Below are positions 1-16,851 of a stretch of 64,000 nucleotides of DNA, piece by piece. The stretch's first letter is position 1. Every line of letters starts with the position of its first letter. Made by a program: the position numbers and the translations under genes. The notes under the pieces were generated by a model. The model searched no databases. It was not told the origin of the DNA and saw only the letters and a program-made list of their open reading frames with translations. The DNA lies in NCBI RefSeq assembly GCF_009914755.1, contig NC_060940.1. The stretch is one strand, 5' to 3'. This stretch comes from the human T2T-CHM13v2.0 reference genome, Homo sapiens.

Positions 1-59
1 AGGGCAATGTATGCTCTCTTGAAATGCTGAGGGAAGGGGAGAATCTTAGCAGTCCCCCA

Positions 60-600
60 TGGCTTACTCTCATTCATTCATTCATTCAGCACGCGTGTAG
101 CACCAGTGTCTGGGGGAAGGCAGCCACACAGCCACATGTGGCTACCCCGGAGTCACATAGCTGCTGAGATAAGAGCTACCAAGGAGAAGGGGAGTCCATA
201 GAATAGGTGGATCTACCCCAGCAGAGAGGTTGGGGAAGGCTTCCCTGAGGAACAGAAGGTAAACCTGGAAGTGGAAGAGAAGCAGTGAAAAGGGGTGGGA
301 GGGGCATTCTGGGCAACAGGAATGGCAGAGGGAAAGGCCTTGTGGCCGGGCACAGCGTGGAAACAAGACGGTGACAGGCACATGTTGATGTGCAGGGCAC
401 CAGCTCCCAGGGCCTAAGAGCAAAGAGAGGTCTGGGGCAGGGGTTAAGCAGCTGGAGGTATGGTCAGATTTATGTCGTAAGGAGCTCCCTGGCTGCCATG
501 GGGAGAAGGGACTGGAGCGCTGGAGTGGAAGAAGGAACAGTGAAGAGGGACTGGAGGCCTGCTGGGCTGCTGGCTCTGCAGGCAGGGAGAAGTGGGGATC
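60..600 (-). mobile_element. L2 fragment in PPL intron 1
   Basis: (TTCA)n tail; ggaaggcttccctgagga...gaaaggccttgtggc...ctccctggctgc motifs. Confidence 0.65.
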
Positions 601-614
601 CATTTAAAGGGAAA

Positions 615-930
<316 letters not shown>

Positions 931-1902
931 AGGTTGGGGTAGGGAAGGGCAGGGCTGGGACCTGAAGAGAGCTTTGTCCCACCCGGAGGCAGAAAGGGGC
1001 ACCAGGTGGCCTCCCGGGCTCCAGAGGCTGCAGCACAGCAACCCATCAGAAGCCGGGAGAACAAAGACCAGAGGCCGTTTCCCCATTCGCTCCCAAGACA
1101 GGCCGGGGCAGGCAGGCTGGGAGGATGCAAGGTGGTGCCGGTAACACCGGCACAGACCTGCCGGGAGCAGAGAGCAGCTGCACGCTGGGAAGCCAGGGTT
1201 CTCTTCCCCAGACGAGGAGCTTTGGAAGCTCTCTAAAGCAGCTTCTCCCCCAGGTCCCCTACTTCCAGGGCCTCCCCCAACCACACCCTTAGGGTATTGC
1301 TTAAAGGGTGTGGACGGAGCTGAGTCTCTCCCCCAAAATACCCTTTCCCAACATGATCCGCCCGACAGTGCCTGAAATGCTACCATTAGCAGCTGTTCCT
1401 CCAGGTAAGCTCAGCTCTGTCCTGAATCGAATTTATCCAGTCTCATTCCTTCTTCCAAGAGAACTGGGCAAGGGATGGAGGGGCAAAGCTAGAGAGAAGA
1501 GAGGTAGAGGGGGTTGCTGGGGGTAGAGGCAGTGAGCACAAACACCAATGACTCTACCATTTGGCCTGGAGCAGTCCCCAGGCACAGTTGCTGCCAGATC
1601 CAGGTACGAGTGGGGAGGCCTCATTTGCTTCCCCAGGCCCCCCTGGACTTCCAGCATCAGCCATTTGTGAGCTGTGAGCTCAAGGTGAATGTGAGCCCTC
1701 TGTGAAACAGGACACTTCCACCTGCATGGCAGGCCGCTGTCAGAATGAGATGTAACATCCATGGCCTTGCTGGGCTCACAGTATGTGCCTGAGAAATGGC
1801 GGGGCGGCTCTCTCTAAGCTGTTACCCACATGGGTCCCCTCCCATATCGATCAGGCGTTCCTACCAACACTGATCGATGGGTGCATGTGCGTGTCTGCTT
1901 GA

Positions 1903-2251
<349 letters not shown>

Positions 2252-2498
2252 CGTCATGACTCTTAATAGCAGTGTGTGCTTCCTAGTATTGGCTGCTATG
2301 ATTTGCCGGGCACTCGCTCTGAACCAGGTCATGGGCTGGACCCATCATGTGCATCCCCTCATTTGATCTACCCAGCAGCCTCACCAACTGGGGGTTGCTG
2401 TTGTCACCCCACCTCATAGATGAAGAAACTGAGGCTCGGAGAGATTAAGTGACTTGCCCAAGATCAAACAGCTTAAGAGACCCAGAGCTGCGGCCTGA

Positions 2499-2703
<205 letters not shown>

Positions 2704-5606
2704 TAAAACACTGTGTTCTTAACCACTAAGAGGCTCAGGGTACCCCAGGTGCCTCCCAGTAGAGCATGCTTCCCTTTTGCCAGCTCTCCCCTCAAAGCCT
2801 GGGGTCCTGCCTCCCATGCAGGAGCGCTCCATCAGGGCGGCCCCAGTGTTGCAAGACCCGTCTAGGCAAGGCCAGGCTGCTGGGTGTTTACTGGGACCCA
2901 GGTCTGGGTGGAGGGGCAAGATTAATCCCATTCAACAAATTCAGAAGCGCTGGGGCTCAGGGACGCTATGTTTCTTTTCAAGCAGAGGCAGAATTGAGCC
3001 TGACTGCAGAGCTGGGTCTTGGCCACTCCATCCCACCCCGTGACAGGTCAGATGCCTCCTCTGCGAAGTCCTCCCTCACCTCCCAGCATCTGTGCTCTGA
3101 CTGTGACAACTCTCACTTGAGGCCTGTCACAAAGTATGTGAGTGGCCAGGGTGGAGACCTCATCTGTCCGGCTCTATGCTCCATTGCTCCTGCCTGGCCC
3201 CATCAGTCCGACGCTCATGTAACCATACATGTACTGAAGCTTAACTCCATCTTATCTCTGTGATGTGACTGCCAGCGACTCAAGTGCAGGGAGGTTGTCC
3301 ACGTCTCCTCCACGACCACGTGCTAAACCCCAGCAACAGTGCCTATGGAATTGTGCAGTGCACAGCCTGTCCACCATGATATCAAGTTTAACCCTGGGTA
3401 CACCACAGCTAGCTTGCCCGCATTTGCTTAATAACTGTAATCGTCACAGATGCTATTACCTGCGGCCGCTTATCATTCACAACCTTTCCCCTGCATTATT
3501 TCATTTAATCCTGAGCCAACATCGCCAGGCAGGCACCGTGCTTATTCCCATCCCACAGGTGAGAAAACAGGCTCAGAGAAGCCAAGCAGCTCCTCTGAGG
3601 TCGCACAGCCAGGAGGGTGGCAGCGGGTCTCCTCCAGGGCCTCTCTACTAGGCTGGAGGCTGTCCTCGGTCACCTGCACCATCTGGCCTGACTCTGTCAT
3701 TAGCTCAGGTGTGAACATCAACTCCCACACCTGTCATTAGGAACCCGGGCAACGGGAGCAACGGGGTTCACACCCTGTCCCGGCCCTCCCCAGCTTCAGC
3801 TGCTAAAAGGCAGACAAACTGGAAGGGGTGGCTTTCTCGGTGGGGTGTTCCGTTCACTAATCCACACTTTGTAGTCCAAAGGCCTGACTACCTTGGGTAT
3901 GAAAGTCACCACTTGGGGCTCCTGGGTCCCCTGGGCTCGGAAAGGGCTGCTACCCTCATCCGGGCACCTCCTGTGTGCTACAGCACTGCTCCTCCCAGCA
4001 GCCCTATGCATGAGACACTCAGTATTACCACCCGTGCTGTGCAGAAAGGGAAAACAAGGCTTCGAGAGGCTCCAGGGTGGAGATGCCAGGATCAACAGTG
4101 AGGCATTCTGCTCTCAGTGCTGGAGCTCCTACTGCCCCCCATGCTGAATCTCACCAGCAATTTTGTCCTCCCCCAGACAATGGAGCGGGCCCCTGGAAAA
4201 CTCAGAGTGAAGGAATAACTTGGGGATCCACTCCCTGTGACCAGCGACCACAGCCTAGAGCCGCAAGTCTGTCCCCTCCACCCCCCCACCAAGACACTTG
4301 CTATGGGGCTGGCTGGGCATCAGGCAATGTTCAAGAGATGCGTTTGAGAGGATGGGGTACAGGGCTACCCCCACCCCACAATCCAGTCTGCGAACTAGTC
4401 CCCACTAAGGGGAGGGGGCAGAGGGATGCACTGGGCTTGGAGACCACCCGGGGAGGCATCTGACATCTGCTCAGGGCTGTGGCTGTGCTCATTCTGTGCT
4501 GGGGTGGCAAGGCTCAAAGGAATGGTCTTTCACCCCAGGCTGGGGAGAGAATCAGGAGGGCTTCCTGGAGAAAGAGATGTCTAAATGGAGATCTGGGACC
4601 AATGGCTATCAGCCTAGGACAGACCGTGGCTGCCTTGGGCCAGATATACAGAGAGTGGCAGGACCCCAAATCTTTGCCACCCCAGACCCTCCCAGTCCCT
4701 GCAGCTATAAAGGATGGGATGCCTTTCATCCTCATGCTTCTGGGAAAGCCCGCACCCCTCCCAGCTTGTCTGGGTTCATTAGAACCTTTTGTTAGGTCCA
4801 AGCTGGGGCCTTCAGGATGGAGAGCTGCACGAAGGAGGGAGGCTGGGAGGAGGCAGAGGGCGGGGCGAGGCCTGGCCCCACCACTGGTATGTGGGTGTCT
4901 GCATGTGTGAAGGACTGGATGGGTCTAGTCTCTGGGGTGGAGAGGACAGAACGGTTCTCCACGGCTGGCACGGAGCATCCAATTGTGCAATGCCCCAGGG
5001 AACAGTGCAGGGACTGGACGGGCCTCTGGTTGGGTCTGAGTGCCAGCTGGACGCAGCCATGGAGGAGGGGTGTGCAGGCCCTGCCCAGTCTCTGGGGTTG
5101 TGAAAGATAGGGGAGGGGTGGGGAAATCTCTAAAGGCGGGTAATGCCTCTGAGCTTGAAAGAGCCCAAACGGAGATACGGGTGGGTGGGATCACAGGGCA
5201 GGGGGGTTTCTGAAAGGGCTGGAAGGCCCCGGAATGGAGTGTCGCACTCCAGCGTGCTAGGGCCCCGCCGCCTGCACCTGTCCGACTGGTCGGCCTAGGC
5301 CGGACTGCAGGGGTTGAGTGGGAGCCCTGGGCCCAGAGGCCTCTCCTTGCCTAGGGAAGAAGTGAGGAGCTGCTTGAGGGCACAGTGGGGGCTCCCAGTG
5401 AGAGCAGCTTGGGGGCAGAACTCCCAGACAGGAGAGCCATGTAATGTGCGGGCCCCTCACCTGCCTGAAGCCTCTTGTCCGAGAAGCTGGCAAAATGGTC
5501 CTTGCTAGCCCAGAGCCCCCACTCTATTTTCCGAAGTGGGGATATAAGGCAGGGGCTGGATTCCCACCCCCTCCGTCAATCTCAGCATCTCCACCAGGCT
5601 CCCCTA

Positions 5607-5614
5607 AACCGGTT
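5607..5614. promoter_or_regulatory. Grainyhead-like (GRHL) consensus site AACCGGTT in PPL intron 1
   Basis: Exact palindromic consensus (taAACCGGTTa), ~0.9 kb from exon 1 of an epithelial differentiation gene. Confidence 0.5.
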
Positions 5615-6518
5615 ATTAAGTGAACACATTAGGCTTATCAAAAGGGACGTGGGCTGCTTCTCCCTGCAAACACATCAAGACATGCCATTCCCCTCCCAGG
5701 CCGCCCTGGGAACCCGCGGCTCAGAGACGCCGCCAGTTTCGGGGCTGGGGTGGGGGCAGGGAGCCACACCCCTGCGAAACCGAGCTTCGAAGAGGAGGCC
5801 CCGAAGCCGCCCAACCTCCGCTCAGAACCCAGAGGGTGGGGAGGTAAGGGGGTGCCTCCCCCTGTGCCCCTCGACCCGACCCCACACCCCCCAGGGCCTC
5901 CGGGCGCGGCTCTGGCGCGCAGGGTGGCAGGTGCCGGGAAGTGCAGCGGCGGGTGGCCCGCCCCCTCCGGACACCCATCCCTCGCCTCCCCGACGCCAGG
6001 AACACTTGCGCGGTCTCAGAGGCGCTGGAGAGCGCCCCCCGACGCCAGCTCAGTTTCCCTGCCTCAGGGCGCCCCCTGGACGGAGCTTCCTGGGTCGCCC
6101 GCAGCGACCCCGCCTTGAGTGCCCGGTCCTCCAAAAACTCCGCCCCCTCATCCAGGTGACTATTCCCGGTCCTGTGCGACCCTCTGCGCAAGAGCGACCC
6201 TGGGACACGGGGGTGCCCTGTACCCCCAGCTCAGCTGCCCGTGCCCTAGGCCCTCATGGCAATGCTCCCTGGGCTCCCGGAGTCCCCTGTGTTATGCTCC
6301 CCCTCGGGGACCCCAGCCAGTCCCTTCCCACCTGGCGGCGCTTCCCAGCTTCAGGGTGGCCTCGGTCCCGCGTTCCCGAGAGTCCCGCACTCCGGGTTCA
6401 GTTCCCGGTTCCTGGACCCCCGTACCCCCCATTCCTACACTGCCCGGGAGGTCTTCCAGGTCCTGTGCGCCCACAGGGGCAAGAGCGTCCCGGAGCGGAG
6501 CTGTGGGCGCCTCCTCAC

Positions 6519-6580
6519 CTCCGGGTCTGCACAGTGGGGCTGTATTTGCCTTTGTTTCTCTTCCTGAAGAGCGAGTTCAT
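6519..6580 (-). CDS. PPL: Periplakin coding exon 1 (MNSLFRKRNKGKYSPTVQTR + 2 nt of Ser)
   Basis: Reverse complement reads GCCACC-ATG AAC TCG CTC TTC AGG AAG AGA AAC AAA GGC AAA TAC AGC CCC ACT GTG CAG ACC CGG AG|gtgagg. This matches the periplakin N-terminus as I know it, with a Kozak context and canonical donor (phase 2). Too short to appear in the ORF track. Confidence 0.97.
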
Positions 6581-6670
6581 GGTGGCGCTCGGGGTGCGGG
6601 CGGCGGCGGCTGGCGGGCCGGGCGCGCACCGAGGGGCGGGCGGGAGCGCAGGTGAGCGAGCGGCGGCGCG
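6581..6670 (-). other. PPL: PPL 5' UTR part of exon 1 (upstream boundary approximate)
   Basis: GC-rich, ATG-free leader between the start codon and the GC boxes at ~6718 and ~6803. The TSS is not directly visible. Confidence 0.6.
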
Positions 6671-7754
6671 GGGAGCCCGGACTGCGGCGCGGCAGTGGCT
6701 CCGGGTCCCTACTCGCTGGGGGCGGGGCGCCCGCCGGCCACTGGCTCTGCGGGCCGCTCCCCGAGAAGGTGGTGCTTACCTTCCCGAGGAGGGGCCACCG
6801 CGCGGGCGGGGCTTGGACGCGGGGGTGGGGACACTGGGTCTTGGCCGGACGCCGCCCACCCCCAGCCGGGGGACTCCGGAGGCCGGGCAGGCACTGGGGC
6901 GCAAAGGCCGCCGGGGCGAGCGCTCGCAGCCCCACCCTCCTCGGGCCCGGCGCGCCTCTGGCCGAGGCCTTCACCTGGTTCTGCGCTACCGCGGAACTCG
7001 GCGCTCCTGGTGCTTTGGCGGACACCCAGCTGGGCCCCGCAAGACAGGTGCGGCAGAGACCCGCACGGATTCATGTGCCCTAGTAGCTAGCGAATTGCAC
7101 TCAGATGGTGGCAATTGAGGGAAGGGGGCTGAACTGCCGAGGGCGCCGGCCTGAGTTCAAGCCCTGCCACCCCCAGGTTGGCTGACACTCCTGGGCAAGG
7201 TGTTTTACTGCTCCCAGCCACAGTTTACTTCTTTGTCAAACGGTGATAACCACCACCCCATCCGAAAGGCCTGTGGGGATGTCCCTGCAGGTAATGCACG
7301 CAAAGCGCTGAGCGCAGTGCCCTGGCCTGAATCTGCTCTCCGCTTGCCATCTCGGGTGGACAAAAACTCCTTTGAAACTTCAATAACTCCAGGCCCTGGC
7401 ACTAGAAGAGCGCTTCATAGCTGGTCATAAAAGCTGCTCGATTGCGGCTCAGAACAACGACGTTGCACAATTCTGCCAGCATGTCCTGGCCCAGACTGTG
7501 TGCCAGTGGAGGAGGCTGCCCTTAGACAGAAACCTAATCTGACCTGAAGCCCGGATGGCACACACCACCACACCTGGCTAATTTTTAAAAATTTTTGTAG
7601 AGGCAGAGTTTCACCATGTTGCCCAGGCTGGTCTTGAACTCCTGTGCTCAAGTGATCTGCCGGCCTACAGCCTCCCAAAGTGCTGGGATTACAGATATTA
7701 GCCACCGTGCCCAGCCAACCTTATTCTTAATGGGGCTTCTATGGGTGGGCTTAA

Positions 7755-7879
7755 CCCATTTATGCCTGAGGTTGCAATTTTTTGAATTGATAAATCATAC
7801 CTTGGCAGTGACCTTGAGCAGTAGGAGATAACTCCCACAGGCGTCACGTTCCAATAATGGACCACTAGGCGTAAATAGA
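7755..7879. mobile_element. MER85 (PGBD3-derived piggyBac MITE)
   Basis: TTAA (7751-7754) then TIR CCCATTTATGCCT; body GAGGTTGCAATTTTTTGAATT...GACCTTGAGCAGTAGGA...AACTCCCACA; palindrome GTTCCAATAATGGACC; degenerate right TIR AGGCGTAAATAGA. Confidence 0.92.
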
Positions 7880-7974
7880 GGTGTGATTCCTCCTAAAGTT
7901 GTGCCTGCCTGCCTGCCTTCCTTCTTTCCTTCCTCTCTCTTTCCTTTCTTGCTTTCTTGCTTTCTTTCTTCTTT

Positions 7975-8272
7975 CTTCTTTGAGACTCAGTTGCCCAGGC
8001 TGGAGTGCATTGGCACAATCATAGCTCACTGCAGCCTTGACTTTTGGGGCTCAAGCAATCCTCCCACCTCAGCTTCCCGAGTAGCTGGATCCACAGGTGT
8101 CCACCACCACGCCTGGCTAATTTTTAAAACCTTTATATTTATATATGTTTTTTGTAGAGATGGGGTCTCGCTGTGTTGCCCAAGCTGGTCTTGAATTCCT
8201 GGGCTCAAGCAGTCCTCCCACCTTGGCCTCCCAAAGTGCTGGGATTTCAGGTGTGAGCCACTGCACCCAGCC
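7975..8272 (-). mobile_element. AluJ with pyrimidine-rich expanded tail (7905-7980)
   Basis: Antisense Alu consensus. Confidence 0.85.
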
Positions 8273-8507
8273 CTAAAGTTGCTTTCAAAATGTGTGTGTC
8301 CAAATGTGCATTTTTCTGGGGGAGGATGTATTGCTCAGTGGAGTCATTTACTCATTCAACACATGTTTCCCATCACTCTCACAGCCTCAGTGTGCCTGGC
8401 TCTGCTTGTTGTACACGGATGAGAAAAGGGAAAAGAACAACACAAAAGGGGCTTTCTCTTTGGGAGCTTTCAGGTCCCGAGGCAGGGGACACATATTAAA
8501 AATGTTA

Positions 8508-10070
<1,563 letters not shown>

Positions 10071-10129
10071 AAATTGTGAACTCCTTGAAGGGGTCTGGGG
10101 ACATATGGGGGAGAAAGACCCTGGGAGAG

Positions 10130-10300
10130 GCGGTGGTTCTAACATTGTTGCACCTTAGAATCTCTACAGGAGTTTGTAAAAGGCATATTCTGGGGCCCTG
10201 GGACCCTTGACATCCTGATTGGGGGGGTCTGAAGAGGGAGGGGCCTAAGAATCTGAAATCTGGACAAGCTTCCCTGGGTGGTCTGAGGCCTCAGTGTGTG
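10130..10300. mobile_element. MER5-family DNA transposon fragment
   Basis: gtggttct...ttagaatc...ctaagaatctg...acaagcttccctgggtggtctga pattern. Confidence 0.6.
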
Positions 10301-11139
10301 CAGCCTCCCAGCTGCTCAGGCAGACAGCCCTGAACAGACCTCCCCAGCAAACCCAGTCCTTCCCCAACTCGGCTCTGCCTGGCTCAGTTTCGGGTGCCGC
10401 CCCCAGGTGGGCATTTCTCATTGGCAGGTAAGGGCATGACAATGCCCTCCCTCGTCCAAAAGTGACTTCCTTGCCTAGATCTCAGGGCCCCGAAGGGATG
10501 CTTCCTCCAGCCAGCTGATATTGGGAGCAGGTGTTAGAGAGGAGCTGGGGTTTCAGAACACAGGTGTGCGGGGAGTCACCTTGCACCTGCAGAAGCCTGA
10601 ACTCAACATGGAGCTGGCTCAGCACACAGACCCCTTCCCCATACCCCAAGAGGGGTTCCCAGGGAACTTGTGCGTCCTTGCTGTCGCCCCCTGGTCTGCC
10701 TATGCCTGGACACCCTCTCCTTTCTCGTTCCCCATACCTTTCCCCACAGGTGGGCTCTTACTCCGGGCTCAGCATGCCTTGAGGATGGTCACTGCAGCAG
10801 TGTTGCTGACCTTGTACTAAGTGTGCATCCTGGGATGCTTTTGGCAACACAGTTGCTAATGGAGAAGCTCTGTAAAGAAACTGCTGCCTATTTGGAGGGG
10901 GATGGTCCGGTAACCAGGGCTGCCTACACCAGGAAGACCCTGCAGCTGGAAAAGGGGCAGATGTGGAGACCATATGTAGACTAACATGGAGTGGAGTGCC
11001 AGATGCAAAGTGCAAAAGAAAGAGGGAAAGACAGAGTGTGTGGTGTGTAACATGCTTGTCTATGCACAAAAAACTTCTGGAAGGATACATGAGAAACCGT
11101 TGCTGAATCTCCCCAAAAAGGACAAGAAAGAAGTTTGAA

Positions 11140-11735
<596 letters not shown>

Positions 11736-12299
11736 ATCTCGGTTTGAATCCCCGCTCAGTCCCTTTCAGTTGTGTGAATACGGGCAAATCATTTTGCCTC
11801 TCTGAGCCTCAGTTTTCCTCATCTGGGAAGTGGGCGCAAACCTAGCATCAACTTCACAGGGTGAAAGGCTGTGTGTTAAGCATTCAGTATGTCCCCTGGC
11901 AGTTAGGTAGCCCCTAACGAAGGGGAGGGAATTCTCTCTGTAGCTAGAGACTGTGTGTTTGCGGGACTGACGGGCACAAGTGACTACAGGAGCTCCAAAC
12001 AGTGTCAAAACTCTCGGCTTCTCCAACCTGCCAAATCCCCTTTCCCTACAACTCCTAGGAAGGTTAAGAGTTGGTTTGCGGGAGGGAACCAGATCAGGGA
12101 CCTCTAGGTCAGCAGTGAATTCTAGCTCAGCTGCTGAATAACAGTGACGGCATTGATAATAGTAATGTCACCTCTTGTTTATTGAGGGCTGACTCTGTGC
12201 CAGGCACCATGGCACGTGCCCAACCACCCCCACTGGGTGAAGCAGGGCAGTGCTCCCTGCCTGGGAGGTAGCCACTTCCTTGTCTTATTTTCTTTAATT

Positions 12300-12587
<288 letters not shown>

Positions 12588-13419
12588 TCTCTTGTCTTAC
12601 TTTTCAGGGAAGGAAATGGGCCCTGAGAAGCACAGGGCCCATTTGGGCTGGTACCTGGGTCAGCCTGCTCCTGGACTGAGCTCTTGAACCTCTGCCTCCC
12701 TCCACTCTTCAGAGTTCTAATTCCTGGGCTCGGGCTTGGGGCAGCTGGGCTGGTCTCCCGCTGACTCAGCTGAGCCTGGCCCAGGAGTGGCGGGTAGAAT
12801 TAGCAGATTTAGGGAGGAATTTGAGTGGCGCTTCACCATCCCTCCCCTCTCCATTCTCTAGGAGCTGGGCTAGGAGCTCCCATGGCTGTGTGTGTGCGCA
12901 CATGTGTACACACGTGCACACACCACACGTTTGTGGGCAGGCCGGATGGGGTGGGAGATCCGTTCTCACCCCATGCATCCTCCTCTGGGCAGATGGGATT
13001 TGTTTGGATCCGCGAAGCCCTCTCCTGCCAAGTGACTCATCCCCTCTGTTGCCGTGGGTGGAGGGCCAGCCTGCCGGGGTGGGGGAGGGTGCTTGCTTTC
13101 CTCGAGTTTGCTCGCACCTTCAGGGCCATTTGTTCCCTGGCAACCAGGCCACCCTCAGCGACCCTGAAACCTGTGTTCCTGCAGCCAGACCAGGCAGCCA
13201 GCTCATGGGAGGCCACCAACTTCGGAAGGGTTCCTCACGCCCGCCCTCCTTGTTTGCCATCACTGTTGCCCTAGCAGCTGGAGAGGTGTTTGGGGTATTC
13301 GCCTGTGAACCAGTTTGAAACAAGAGGGGCAGCATTCGCCCAGCCCGGGACAGAGGGACATGTGGGATATATCCCGAGCCCTCTCCGAGACAGCCATTCT
13401 CCCATCTGTGGCTGTATGC

Positions 13420-14020
13420 ACCCCAACTTGGGGTGCATTTACAAATGCAGATTCCAGGGTCCCTCCCTGGAAGAGATTACGGTTGGGTGAGTCTTGGCAG
13501 GGCCGAGAAATCTGCATTTATTTATTTATTAATTATAGAGATGAGGTCTCGCTGTGTTACCCAGGCTGGTCTTGAATGCCTGGGCTCAAGTCAATCTCTT
13601 GCCTCAGCCTCCCAAAGTGCTGGGATTACAGGCATGAGCCACCAAGGAATCTGCATTTTTTTTGAGACAGGGTCTGACTCTCTTGCCTAAACTGGAGTGC
13701 AGTGGTACAATCTCGGCTCACTGCAACATCCGCCTCCCAAGCTCAAGCAGTTCCCCTGCCTCAGCCTCCTGAGTAGCTGGGATTACAGGCATGCACCACC
13801 ACACCTGGCTAATTTTTGTATTTTTAGTAGAGATGGGGTTTCACCCTGTTGGCCAGGCTGGTATCAAACTCCTGACCTCAAATGATCCACCAGCCTCAGC
13901 CTCCCAAAGTGCTGGGATTATAGGCGTGAGCCACCGCACCCAGCCAGGAATCTGCATTTTAACAAACACCTACTCCGTGGGATGCTGAGGCAGGTGAGTT
14001 TGGGGCCACCCTGAGAAACA
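13420..14020. mobile_element. MER5A (hAT-Charlie) interrupted by an Alu monomer and a full Alu
   Basis: AAATGCAGATTCC...AATCTGCATTTTAACAA...CTGAGAAACAC MER5A motifs; Alus at 13520-13645 and 13659-13945. Confidence 0.75.
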
Positions 14021-14939
14021 CGGCTGTGAACAGAAACAGATGTTGCAGTAACTCCAGCCCTGGTCTGCCCACAGCCGGGATACACTTACAGGTTTCAGCC
14101 TGAAACCTGGGTTTGAAACTTGGCTCCACCTCACACCTTAGCCGTGTGACCTTGGGCAGGTGGCTCTCTTAACCTCTCTAGACCTCAGTTTCCCCATCTG
14201 TAAAATTGGGAAGAGCCGGTGGGCAGGGATGTGTGCACAGCCCCTGGCATGAAGGCCCTGCTCCTGTCCCTGCTCCGAGGGGACAGGAGGGGGCTGGCCC
14301 AGCTTCACCCCTGTTTTGTAACATGTGTTTACTTTTCTTACAGGACAATTCAAGGAGTGGAAAATTGTGCTGGCCCTCCAGCCCACATGGGCTGACTCAC
14401 GCTCAGCTCTGGGCTGGGGGCCCTGTGAGCTCCCCACAGTTCTCCTGGGGCCAGAGGGGAGGCCAGGCCCTGGCAGCTGGAGCAGGAGAGGGTCTACGGT
14501 GAGTCATGCTCTGCCTGCCCCTGAGTCATCCCCTGAGAATGTGCCTCAGGCCCCTACCCGCCCGGGCCCCCTGGCAGAATGCCACTTCTCCCTGCCTGCC
14601 AGGCAGCCCCGCCCTCCTGCCGGCCCAGGGAGCCGCTGCTCCGATGACCGCCTCCTGGCTCTCTCCTGAATGCACCTGTACAGCCCTGTGTGTTATCAAA
14701 ATATTGAAATAGCTCCCAACCGGTAGTTAAATAGCGGTTGCTCTGAGCCCCTGGCCACCCTGGTTTTTCCCCTCCCCAGCCACTGAGGGGTTAGCCGTGG
14801 GCTCAGCAAAGGGTTCTTCGACTCTGCCCCACCCATGGCTGGGGTCCACCGTGACTATGAAAAGCCCATCAGGCCATCTTGCAGATCCAGGTTTTTGGGA
14901 TTTCAGACACTTCATCTTGAACCCTGGGCCACATTCCTT

Positions 14940-15534
<595 letters not shown>

Positions 15535-16057
15535 TGATGGAGGACAGCCCAGGTCAGGAGGTCAGGGCCCCGTTTCCTCCCAAGCCAGGATGACTCAGTG
15601 ATGGACAGACTGGGCCACAGGGGGCAGAACACAAAGCCAAATTAGGGTTTAGTTTGAAGCCAACCTGGGTTTGAACCCTGGCTCTGCCATGCACCCAGCT
15701 GCGGGACTGTGGGCTGGTGGCTTAACTTCTCTGTACCATGGGGAAGAGCCAGTGAGCTGAGGTGTCAAATCTCAACTGATCTATTTCCTAACTGTGTGAC
15801 CCTGGGCAAATGTCTTCACCTCTCTTAACCTCAGTTTCCCCATCTGCAAAATGGGGACACTCTGACACCTGCTCTGTAGGGTCTTGAAAAGTCTCAATAA
15901 AGGAAGACATGGAATCATGGCAAATAGTAACTTTTGTTGGGCATTTACTATAAACCAGGCCACGTGCTGAGTACCAGGCTTGGAGGCTGGCACTTTTTCT
16001 TCCAGCTTGATTGAGATGTGATGAACATGCAAGAAAGGGCACATTTTAAAAAATTTT

Positions 16058-16333
<276 letters not shown>

Positions 16334-16484
16334 TCAGTGTCATTGTTGAATGAATAAATGAATGAGTGGGAGGACCAGTGTACTGTTGTGATCCCGGAGA
16401 AGGTCCCCTTAGGGGAGGACCAGGAAAGGGTTAGTAGGTCCTAAGTTAAAACTATGATGGAAGAGAAGAGGTTCATTGGTTTGT

Positions 16485-16851
16485 TCATCCATCCATCCAT
16501 CCCTCCATCCATCCATCCATCCCTCCATCCATCCATCTATCCATCCATCCATTCATCCATCTATCTCTCCATCTCTCCATCCCTCCATCTCTCCTTCCCT
16601 CCCTCCCTTCCTTCCTCCATCCATCCATTCATCCATCTCTTCATCCCTTCATCCCTCCATTCCTCCATCCATCCATCCATCCATCCATCCATCCATCCAT
16701 CTCTTCATCCCTCCATTCCTCCATCCATCTCTTCATCCCTCCTTTCCTGCATCCATCCATCCATATCTTCATCCCTCCATTCTTCCCTCTCTCCCTCCCT
16801 TCCTCCATCCATCCATCCATCCATCTATCCATCCATCCATCCATCCCTTCA
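16485..16851 (+). repeat. Degenerate (TCCA)n/(TCCC)n microsatellite, ~365 bp
   Basis: Seen directly; source of the HPSI/MDGW pseudo-ORFs. Confidence 0.95.

Larger units (their letters stand above)
5700..7150 (-). promoter_or_regulatory. PPL: PPL CpG-island promoter, TATA-less, with Sp/KLF GC boxes
   Basis: Dense CpGs; GGGGCGGGGC at ~6719-6728 and GGGCGGGGC at ~6803-6812; spans exon 1. Confidence 0.85.

Noticed and set aside
999-1012. CTCF-like GCACCAGGTGGCCT
   Set aside because: Partial match only; cannot be scored by eye.
1378-1410. Plus-strand ATG...CAG|gtaagc mini-exon
   Set aside because: Antisense to PPL, with no promoter or partner exon identifiable; likely chance.
6649-6657. Plus-strand donor CAG|gtgagc in the PPL 5' UTR
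   Set aside because: Could serve an antisense RNA, but nothing else in the sequence supports such a transcript.
5475-7118. 547-aa plus-strand ORF, antisense to PPL exon 1
   Set aside because: Non-ATG start; Pro/Arg/Gly/Ala-rich with no recognisable domain; long stop-free frames are expected in a CpG island.
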